Positions 5,901-13,257 of a DNA stretch of 20,000 nucleotides are shown here, piece after piece (the stretch's first letter is position 1; every line of letters begins with the position of its first letter). Source of the stretch: an uncultured virus (IMG/VR IMGVR_UViG_3300030090_006645) (taxonomy: Duplodnaviria > Heunggongvirae > Uroviricota > Caudoviricetes); the IMG/VR virus record IMGVR_UViG_3300030090_006645. One strand, given 5' to 3'. The notes under the pieces were generated by a model. The model had not been told where the DNA came from. It worked only from the letters and a program-made list of their open reading frames with translations, and made no database searches. The position numbers and the translations under genes were made by a program.

Positions 5901-7031
5901 TTAACCTATTGGCACATCATCATCACCGATTTCAATATCATCAATACCGATGTTGTCTGTTTTATATGCCATTACTAATGTTTCACAAATTTGATTATAA
6001 ATTCTTTCTTTCCTTCCAGGGTCTGAAAGAACTTTTTCCTCAAAATCTTTTGATAAAAACTTAATTTCTTCTCCAGTCTCTGTACATATATAAGTATACC
6101 ACGAACCGCCTTGTTTCAATAAATTATAGTCTTTCATTACCTGTAACCAACTTCCTGTATCATCTATTCCTGATTCGAAATAAATATTAAATTCAGCTGT
6201 ACGTAATGGAGGTCCCATTCTATTTTTAACTACAACGGCTTTTGTTTTTATACCTATTGTTTGTTCTTTACCTTGAATCTTAGCTTTTATCTGACCTGCT
6301 GCTTTTAATCTTAATCTACAACTTGCATGGAATTGTATAGCTTTTCCACCACTTGTTGTCCAAGGGTCTCCAAACATAACTCCAAGTTTTTGTCGAAGTT
6401 GATTTGTAAAAATTAAAGCTACTCTTTCTCTACCAATTAGTTGAGTAATTTTTCTCATACCTTTTGATAATACAATTGCCTTTGATGTTGCCCAGCCTTC
6501 TTTATCGTAATCTTGTGCCTGTTCAACTTTTGTTGTTGCTGCTGCAACTGAATCTACTGCAATTGTTACTAGCCTATCTTTATCACTTTCTTTAACTTTT
6601 AGAATTATATTTTCAATTACTTCAAATATATCCTCTACAGTTTCAAGTTGTATATAAAGCATTTTAGAAATATCAATACCAATTGCTCTTAAGAACTCTT
6701 CGTTCATTGCATTTTCAGTATCAATATAAACAGCCAGTCCTCCTTTTTTCTGAGTATTTGCAAGTAAGTGAGCGGCTAATAGTGATTTACCAGAAGCTTC
6801 CATTCCAGTAATCTCTGTAATTCTACCTACAGGTAAACCACCATTGGGCCTATTAGAAATAGCAAGGTCAAGAATAGATGAACCAGTACTTATCCACTCT
6901 GTTAAATCAGTAGGTGTGTCTTCAGCACCATCTAAAAAATATGCTACCTTCATACCCTTAAACTGCTTATTAAGAGAATCTGCTAATACAGATGCTAATT
7001 CGTCTCTATTTGTTTTCTTTGCCTTTGCCAT
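5901..7031 (-). CDS. recA: RecA / UvsX-like recombinase
   Basis: ISTGSSILDLAI, GGLPVGRITEITGMEASGKS (Walker A), YIDTENA, VDSVAA, IFTNQLR, TTSGGKAIQFHAS and KNRMGPP motifs. Confidence 0.96.
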   Translation of the reverse strand: MAKAKKTNRDELASVLADSLNKQFKGMKVAYFLDGAEDTPTDLTEWISTGSSILDLAISNRPNGGLPVGRITEITGMEASGKSLLAAHLLANTQKKGGLAVYIDTENAMNEEFLRAIGIDISKMLYIQLETVEDIFEVIENIILKVKESDKDRLVTIAVDSVAAATTKVEQAQDYDKEGWATSKAIVLSKGMRKITQLIGRERVALIFTNQLRQKLGVMFGDPWTTSGGKAIQFHASCRLRLKAAGQIKAKIQGKEQTIGIKTKAVVVKNRMGPPLRTAEFNIYFESGIDDTGSWLQVMKDYNLLKQGGSWYTYICTETGEEIKFLSKDFEEKVLSDPGRKERIYNQICETLVMAYKTDNIGIDDIEIGDDDVPIG

Positions 7032-7042
7032 ATTATTTCTCC

Positions 7043-7795
7043 TTACTCATTAAATAAATCATCAAATGATGATTCTATATTCTCAGTTGATTTTACTCCT
7101 GTAGCTGCTGCTGTTGCAACTGGCTTTGCTTCTTCTTCTGAAGAATCAGGGTCTAACCATTCAGCTAATACAGCTTTTAAGTCATCATAAGATTGTTTTT
7201 TGAAAATATCAAAAACATTTTTCTGACCACTAATAATCTTGTCTGCTATATTAGAATCTTCAGTAGCTGCTGTTTGATTAGGTTTTACTCTAATTGCAGT
7301 TCTAGGAAACTGTCCTGCTCCTTCTGCTGGAGTAAATTCTACAGAAATATCTCTACCTGCTTTTACATCTGTAATATCACCATAATCAGGGTCAGCTATA
7401 AATCCTAATAATTCTGTATAAACTTGCTTACCAAATCCCCAAAGCTTAACGCCTTCAGATTCTTTACCTCTAACTAATACAGGTACATAAACTCTCATTT
7501 TTGGAGTTAGTTTTTTAGCTAAATTAAAATCATCTGATTTTCCAGTAGCTCTAAGTTTTTGAGCAAATTCTTCTACAGGGTCTGCTTCTCCATAAGTTAT
7601 AGGTGAAAGATAATTTTTCTTACCTAAGTCATAATGAAAATACAATTCCTGAAAAGGATTGTCTTTGTTGTACTGATAAGGTACTATCCTTACCTGGTTT
7701 TTTCCTGGTTCAGGCTTCCATAACGTGTCCTGTCTTCCAGTTTGAGATTGTAAGTTATTAAGCTTACGTCTAATTGCATCTAAATCAATTGCCAT
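7043..7795 (-). CDS. Single-stranded DNA-binding protein, T4 gp32-like
   Basis: WKP..GKNQVRIVP, VKLWGFGK.VY..L, DYGDITD...GRD and an acidic tail (SFDDLFNE). Adjacent to recA. Confidence 0.8.
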   Translation of the reverse strand: MAIDLDAIRRKLNNLQSQTGRQDTLWKPEPGKNQVRIVPYQYNKDNPFQELYFHYDLGKKNYLSPITYGEADPVEEFAQKLRATGKSDDFNLAKKLTPKMRVYVPVLVRGKESEGVKLWGFGKQVYTELLGFIADPDYGDITDVKAGRDISVEFTPAEGAGQFPRTAIRVKPNQTAATEDSNIADKIISGQKNVFDIFKKQSYDDLKAVLAEWLDPDSSEEEAKPVATAAATGVKSTENIESSFDDLFNE

Positions 7796-7809
7796 TTTTT
7801 TCTCCTTTT

Positions 7810-7986
7810 TTATTTGTTATTTTTAATTTCTTGCACATTTAATCTAAGCTCTTGTGCGTGAGCTTTAATTTCTTGCATAGCTTTACGAACTCTTGTTCCA
7901 GCAGACATGTTTCCATTATTAAATTTTTCAACATCTGTTTGAACTGTCTCTAAAAGCGTTTTCATATGTTCTATTGAAATTGCCAT
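7810..7986 (-). CDS. Histone H1-like (Hc1 family) small protein, 58 aa
   Basis: Below the ORF-track cutoff. Manual translation: MAISIEHMKTLLETVQTDVEKFNNGNMSAGTRVRKAMQEIKAHAQELRLNVQEIKNNK. The KF..GN.SAGTRVRK motif is typical of Hc1-like proteins. SD: TAGGAG. Confidence 0.85.
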   Translation of the reverse strand: MAISIEHMKTLLETVQTDVEKFNNGNMSAGTRVRKAMQEIKAHAQELRLNVQEIKNNK

Positions 7987-8014
7987 TTGTTTCTCCTATT
8001 TTTAATTATTATTT

Positions 8015-8038
8015 ATAATATAACAAAAATTTATTAAA
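8015..8038 (-). promoter_or_regulatory. Repeated promoter-like motif upstream of the Hc1-SSB-recA block
   Basis: Minus strand TAAATTTTTGTTATATTAT. Confidence 0.6.
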
Positions 8039-9055
8039 TTATAAAACTTTTGTTAACTTTTTTTCAAATTTATTTTTATATTTTTGTATAGCTAATTCCT
8101 TAGCTTTTGCTTCGACCATAACATCGATATCTAAACCATAGTCATTGATTTCGTCAACAATATAATCTGAATGAGCTTGCACTTTAATTTTTTGGCATTC
8201 ATTATACATTTTTTCCATAGTAGGAAATTTGCCAATTTGTTCCAATGTTATATTGCTATTTTTAAGAAATGTTTCTACAATCAGTGATTGTTCACGCCTA
8301 CGTGATTCAGAATAATGAGTACAAGGTTTTACATCACCCCATGTAGATGCTGCAAGTTTAAGTGCTTGTTCCTCTGTTAGTCCACCTGTACAAAATTTAT
8401 GGTGATGATAATCGAATACAATAGGTATACCTGTATGAGCGTAAACACCATTGTATAAATCGACAACAGAATACATTGATGCTTTATCGTCGTTTTCGAC
8501 AGTTAGCCTTGATTTTGCTGATTCTGATAATTTATCGAAATTTTTGCAAAACCTAACAAGTGCAGTTTCTTTATTTCCATAAGCGCCACCGACATGTATA
8601 TTGATTTTTGCCATACGTGTACGTGGTAAACCCATAAGGTCCATAATCTGGCCAGTTTTATTAAGTTCGTTCCAAGCACCTTCTACTGTTTTTTGTGTAG
8701 GTGAAGCGAGAACTGTAAACTGACCTGGATGAAACGATAAGCGCTGACCATAACCTTGAGCAAGGTCACCGGCCTGTTTTAGAAGTACACATAATTCGTC
8801 ATAACCTGGTAAGTCTGTAAATTCATATTCAGACATCCAAGGGTATATTTCGCTAGACATACGGAAAAGCTTGATTCCATTATCCTCATTCCATTGAATG
8901 ATTTTTATTAAGTCTTTGGTATTTTGTATACATAATTCTGATACATAATCTAGACCTTTTGTATCGAATGTACGCCTAATCATTGAGCGTCCTGTATATA
9001 TACCTTGTTTGCGTAGTTGCATGTTAATACATGCGTATCCTAATTGTTTTGCCAT
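8039..9055 (-). CDS. uvsE: UV damage endonuclease UvsE/UVDE
   Basis: LGYACIN, LFRMSS, RLSFHPGQFTVLAS, INIHVGG, RLTVENDD, PIVFDYHHH, HYSES, AHSD and VMVEAKAKELA motifs. Confidence 0.95.
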   Translation of the reverse strand: MAKQLGYACINMQLRKQGIYTGRSMIRRTFDTKGLDYVSELCIQNTKDLIKIIQWNEDNGIKLFRMSSEIYPWMSEYEFTDLPGYDELCVLLKQAGDLAQGYGQRLSFHPGQFTVLASPTQKTVEGAWNELNKTGQIMDLMGLPRTRMAKINIHVGGAYGNKETALVRFCKNFDKLSESAKSRLTVENDDKASMYSVVDLYNGVYAHTGIPIVFDYHHHKFCTGGLTEEQALKLAASTWGDVKPCTHYSESRRREQSLIVETFLKNSNITLEQIGKFPTMEKMYNECQKIKVQAHSDYIVDEINDYGLDIDVMVEAKAKELAIQKYKNKFEKKLTKVL

Positions 9056-9060
9056 ATTCT

Positions 9061-9092
9061 ATAATATAATAAATTTAATTGACATAGAGAAA
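9061..9092 (-). promoter_or_regulatory. Variant of the repeated promoter-like motif, 7 nt before the uvsE ATG
   Basis: Minus strand ATGTCAATTAAATTTATTATATTATAGAAT-ATG. Confidence 0.5.
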
Positions 9093-9437
9093 TTATTTCC
9101 ATAAAATTTGTATACATACCAACGTTGTTGCTAAAACAAGTGATATTGCAGTTTTAGTAGATATACCTTCACCCATAAAACACCAAGTTAAAAGAGTAAA
9201 CGATATCATACCTGTACCAAATCCTATAAACCTACCTGGCCATAATAATCCATCAAAATACCCTACAACATGTTTTGTTGCATAAATAAACATATATGAA
9301 ATTATAGTTCCAAATACGATTGATAAAAATAAGGGGTTTTTGTCAAACCATTTCCAGAGAAATTGTCCATTGGTCTGAATCCAGATAAGTGACTGGCCTA
9401 CGGTGAAAAGTACTATCGCTAGTGTCAATTGGTTCAT
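9093..9437 (-). CDS. Small membrane protein with about 4 TM helices (possibly SMR/DMT-like)
   Basis: Four hydrophobic segments in 114 aa. The GE before the last helix recalls DMT-superfamily proteins. Confidence 0.7.
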   Translation of the reverse strand: MNQLTLAIVLFTVGQSLIWIQTNGQFLWKWFDKNPLFLSIVFGTIISYMFIYATKHVVGYFDGLLWPGRFIGFGTGMISFTLLTWCFMGEGISTKTAISLVLATTLVCIQILWK

Positions 9438-9479
9438 TTTTTAATTTGCTTTTATTATTAAGTATTTTTTATTTATATA

Positions 9480-9510
9480 TAAATATAACAAAAATTTCCG
9501 AGATATAAAA
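9480..9510 (-). promoter_or_regulatory. Repeated promoter-like motif upstream of the membrane protein gene
   Basis: Minus strand TTTTATATCTCGGAAATTTTTGTTATATTTA shares 22 consecutive identical nt with the copy at 3608. Confidence 0.65.
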
Positions 9511-9522
9511 ATATTTCAGCGA

Positions 9523-9924
9523 TTATTTTTTTATTTTTATATGTATAACTTCTTTTATTGACGTATCAATTCGTCTTAATCCATCGTCATTTGTAACTAA
9601 TATACTATTTCTGTAATTGTCCCAATCTAATTGATATGTAGTATCTAGTACACCATTATTAACAGTTTTAATACATTCATTTAATGCATTAATTGTATAA
9701 AGAGTATTTGTTTGTTTTTTTCTATGTAATGAAATAGTATCTGGTAAAATTTCTATTTCTTTAGATGCATCAATATTATATGTACACATCAATTCTGATT
9801 TATTTTCTTCATTATTAAGTACAAATATTTTATTGTATAATATATCGTAAATATCTATAATTTTATCAACTGTCTTTGTTAATAATTTAGCTTTTGTAAA
9901 TGTGCATAATAGTTGTGTTTTCAT
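9523..9924 (-). CDS. Conserved phage hypothetical protein
   Basis: 133-aa ORF coupled to the upstream gene (TAATG overlap). Contains QLLCTFT and TISLHRKKQTNTLYTINALN; no function recognised. Confidence 0.75.
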   Translation of the reverse strand: MKTQLLCTFTKAKLLTKTVDKIIDIYDILYNKIFVLNNEENKSELMCTYNIDASKEIEILPDTISLHRKKQTNTLYTINALNECIKTVNNGVLDTTYQLDWDNYRNSILVTNDDGLRRIDTSIKEVIHIKIKK

Positions 9925-11405
9925 TATATATCACCGCCTTTGGTTTGACTAGCAGGCATTATTAAAAGTCTAACGCCAATCATAAGTCCATCTTTAGTTT
10001 TCATTCTAGATTCTCCTGTGTATCTTGCAACTAAATATGGTTCATATATTTCTGAAAAAGATGGGAATTTTGCACCACCACCATATATTTTTGGATTCCA
10101 CATAATATGACCTGCACTACTTACATCCATGTGTACAGCTGTTGCAGTACCATCTGCGTCAACTGCAAAACCTACTGAAAACGCTGTATTGTCTTGCATT
10201 AAAATATTACAATTATTTGTTCCTGGCTTTCCTGTAAAATAATCGTTTCCAAATATTGACATCATTGCAACATCTTTTCCTGCCTGGCCTGCTTTTAATA
10301 CAGACCTTCGTCTCGACCAACCTTTAGCATCAGAACCTTCTAATACATATAATTTTTTTGGTTTTGCAGATTTGACAGCAGCCATGTGCTTTGCCCATAT
10401 TTGAGCATTTTGGTCTTCAGGTACTATTTCTTTTCCATTACTTATAACAATAAATTTTCCACCTTGTTTTTTTATTTCAGTTACATTTTCATATACCTTT
10501 GCTGATGGTGTAGATTGTACAGCCTTTCTTACAGCCTCAACAAAACCATCCATCATCTTTTTAACACCTGGTACTTTTTCTATTTGAGATGTGAACTTTT
10601 TATTGTAAAAACTAGATATCGAACCGTATTGTTGAAACGCTGCTTTTAATTCATTTCCTGATGGGTCGAACATAGCTCCGTGTTTATAAGAAATAAAGAA
10701 TGTTGGTTTACCTCCTACACCAAATGCTAAATCTGATTTTGGTACACCATCTACTTTTGCGCCTCCATCAATTTTTACACCTGTATTTTTTCCTTTTATA
10801 AATAAAGGTAAAGATTTTTTATTTCCTAGATTAGTTTTCATCCAGCCTTCTAAATTTTCAATTTGCATATTTTCATATCCAATACCTGGAGCTATTTTAC
10901 CTTTTATCTCTGCACCCATTTGCAATAATTTAAGTAGTGTGTGTACTCTAGACAAATGCTTATCAGAACCTTGTTTTACCTTTTTAGATAATTGACAAAT
11001 TCTTTCACCAAAACTAGTTCTTACTTTAGTTATAGAACCTGCAGTTGTAATTATAATCTTTCCTTCTTTTGACATTGCAGATTTTATATCTGCTAGTGAC
11101 CACTCTTTTTTATTGACATTGTATGTATTCTTACTTCCTGCTACCAATGTAGCTGGTGTTAATTTATAAATTTTATCAACATCATCTTGAGTTATATCAG
11201 TACCTCCTAGCTGCTGAACTATTTTTAAGTCAAATACACCTTTGGATTCGTTTATACTGTTTATATAAGCAGATATGAATTCTTCTGAATATTTATTGTC
11301 TCGTAATACAGACTCTAAAAGTTCTAGATGATTTCTGTTTTTAGGGTCAGGCATACCATTGTTAACACGCCATGCCCATTCTTTTACTAAATAATTTATA
11401 TTCAC
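9924..11405 (-). CDS. Hypothetical protein with an N-terminal WAWRV..GMPD module and a possible PD-(D/E)xK nuclease-like domain
   Basis: GTG start with SD TAGGAG. The segment GIGYE...GVPKSDLAF......FFISYKHG resembles a restriction-endonuclease-like active-site arrangement. Confidence 0.55.
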   Translation of the reverse strand: MNINYLVKEWAWRVNNGMPDPKNRNHLELLESVLRDNKYSEEFISAYINSINESKGVFDLKIVQQLGGTDITQDDVDKIYKLTPATLVAGSKNTYNVNKKEWSLADIKSAMSKEGKIIITTAGSITKVRTSFGERICQLSKKVKQGSDKHLSRVHTLLKLLQMGAEIKGKIAPGIGYENMQIENLEGWMKTNLGNKKSLPLFIKGKNTGVKIDGGAKVDGVPKSDLAFGVGGKPTFFISYKHGAMFDPSGNELKAAFQQYGSISSFYNKKFTSQIEKVPGVKKMMDGFVEAVRKAVQSTPSAKVYENVTEIKKQGGKFIVISNGKEIVPEDQNAQIWAKHMAAVKSAKPKKLYVLEGSDAKGWSRRRSVLKAGQAGKDVAMMSIFGNDYFTGKPGTNNCNILMQDNTAFSVGFAVDADGTATAVHMDVSSAGHIMWNPKIYGGGAKFPSFSEIYEPYLVARYTGESRMKTKDGLMIGVRLLIMPASQTKGGDI

Positions 11406-11421
11406 AATGTTCTCCTATCTA

Positions 11422-11430
11422 TATAAATAT
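11422..11430 (-). promoter_or_regulatory. ATATTTATA motif (putative late-type promoter)
   Basis: Minus strand TGATATTTATATAGATAGGAGAACATT-GTG. Confidence 0.45.
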
Positions 11431-11434
11431 CAAA

Positions 11435-12442
11435 TTACAGGTCCAAAGACCTCATATTATGATAGTCTCTACCAACCTTGAGTTTAGAAGGAAATAACAT
11501 TAACTTACTAATTTTTTTTAGAAGTGATTTTTCATTTGGGTCAATATCAAATATAAATGCATCGTATACATATAATACCATTTTACTATTATATTTTTTC
11601 AATAATGTTAAAATATCTTTAAGAGCTTTACAATTCATTTCTGTTTCATAAGCCTGTATTAAATAATTAAACAATTTTTGAGGATTCATATTTTCCAAAT
11701 TCTTTTTATATAACTTTCTTTTCAAGACCGGTGTTTCTATATAACCTTTACTATTATAAATATCCCAAAGTTCAGAAATGTAATTTGATATTTTGTCAAA
11801 ATATTCTATATGTCTAAACTCTTTTGGTATTCCGCCATAAAGAATTTGAAAGCTTATTTTTTTAGATTCATTATATTGTTCTTTTGTTAACGATTTTGAA
11901 TCAAAGTATAGTTCACCTAAATATTTATGAAAACTACCTTCAGGTTGTTTTATACCTATCAAGTTCGCTATTAGTCTAAGATGGTAAGCATCAAAGTCAA
12001 ATTCTGCCAAATAACCTCCTGCAAATCTACTTATATATTTTTTACGAGTACCATCTTCTTTATTAAGAGCTGCATAATTTATACCTTTATTAGAATTAGA
12101 TGGCCGGCCTGTTGTTGTAAAAGGATTGTATTTTGTATATTCATATCCATCTTCAGTATATAAACCATTTTGTTCAATTTTTCTAAAGGTGGCCACTATA
12201 TTTTCATTATAGTCTATAATATCCTTATCAGGTACACCCTCTAATGCATGCGAGAGAGAGTCTAGATACTGTATTTCTTCTTCCTGTTTGGTTTGTGGTA
12301 TAATATCATATATGTTATATCTATCACCATATAACCTTTTATAGAACTTATTTATAGGTAATTCGATTTTGCTTTCGTCAATATGTTTATTATGATAAAG
12401 ATAATATTTTACCTTAAGCAATTCTTTAGTTTCATTTAACAT
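11435..12442 (-). CDS. Minimal family A DNA polymerase (polymerase domain only)
   Basis: TTTGRPS, motif A EFDFDAYHLRL, motif B KKISFQILYG, KGYIETP, NYLIQAYE and motif C YVYDAFIFD. Only 335 aa. Confidence 0.88.
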   Translation of the reverse strand: MLNETKELLKVKYYLYHNKHIDESKIELPINKFYKRLYGDRYNIYDIIPQTKQEEEIQYLDSLSHALEGVPDKDIIDYNENIVATFRKIEQNGLYTEDGYEYTKYNPFTTTGRPSNSNKGINYAALNKEDGTRKKYISRFAGGYLAEFDFDAYHLRLIANLIGIKQPEGSFHKYLGELYFDSKSLTKEQYNESKKISFQILYGGIPKEFRHIEYFDKISNYISELWDIYNSKGYIETPVLKRKLYKKNLENMNPQKLFNYLIQAYETEMNCKALKDILTLLKKYNSKMVLYVYDAFIFDIDPNEKSLLKKISKLMLFPSKLKVGRDYHNMRSLDL

Positions 12443-12446
12443 GTAT

Positions 12447-12478
12447 ATAATATAACAAAAATATTTGATATATAAAAA
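12447..12478 (-). promoter_or_regulatory. Repeated promoter-like motif, 6 nt before the polymerase ATG
   Basis: Minus strand TATATCAAATATTTTTGTTATATTATATAC-ATG. Confidence 0.6.
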
Positions 12479-13255
12479 TTATTCGTCAGGAACATCTATC
12501 TTAGGTTGATATGCAGTATCTGCTTTTTTGATAGGTATAAGTAATTGATGAGGCTGTTCTGTATGATATTTACCTACCATAGGACCACGTTGTGGATGTA
12601 TATGATAATAACCTTCATATTCTACATTATCAGGAATTCTTGTAAATCCTGACTTCCAACCTTTTCCTAAATGAAATTCACCTCCTGGTGTATATAAATT
12701 TTCTTGAGCTCTCATAAAATCTGTAATAGCTACTACATCTGCTATACCTTTTGCTTTTAAGTCTGCTTCTGCTATATTTGCTCTATTTATATCTAAAGCT
12801 TTATATTCTAAAAAGTGTTTGTATTTTGCAAAATCTACAGTCTCTATATATACTGAACTCTGTCCTTCAAGCTTATCGTATTGGTCTTTATCAACTTCAT
12901 ATATATTTTCTTCCCATCTTACAAAATGTCTTATACAAAATCCTTTACCATAATCTTTTTTAGTAGGTTGAAAATTTATATGAGTTGGTTGAATTAAATA
13001 TTTAATATATTCTGGTTTTAGTTTATCGTACTCTCTTTTTATTTCATCTTCATAAGGATTATCTCCATCTAATGCCATAGCTAAACGATTGTTTATTTCA
13101 ACGTACCTTGTTAATTTTGTACCTGCATAAACTCTACCTTTCCATTTTATAATAGGACCTGAATAAGCTTTACCTTGTCTCTCACCTACATCGTACATAT
13201 ATGTACCTTTTACAGCAAAATCATATTCAATATGTTTTTCTTTATATATTCTCAT
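12479..13255 (-). CDS. Hypothetical protein at the end of the tail/baseplate cluster
   Basis: 258-aa ORF with a His-rich C-terminal motif (YEGYYHIHPQRGPMVGKYHTEQPH). Confidence 0.7.
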   Translation of the reverse strand: MRIYKEKHIEYDFAVKGTYMYDVGERQGKAYSGPIIKWKGRVYAGTKLTRYVEINNRLAMALDGDNPYEDEIKREYDKLKPEYIKYLIQPTHINFQPTKKDYGKGFCIRHFVRWEENIYEVDKDQYDKLEGQSSVYIETVDFAKYKHFLEYKALDINRANIAEADLKAKGIADVVAITDFMRAQENLYTPGGEFHLGKGWKSGFTRIPDNVEYEGYYHIHPQRGPMVGKYHTEQPHQLLIPIKKADTAYQPKIDVPDE

Positions 13256-13257
13256 AT

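Noticed and set aside
1215..7031. Inteins or introns in the helicase or RecA
   Set aside because: Lengths are normal and motifs contiguous, with no intein splice-junction or homing-endonuclease motifs.
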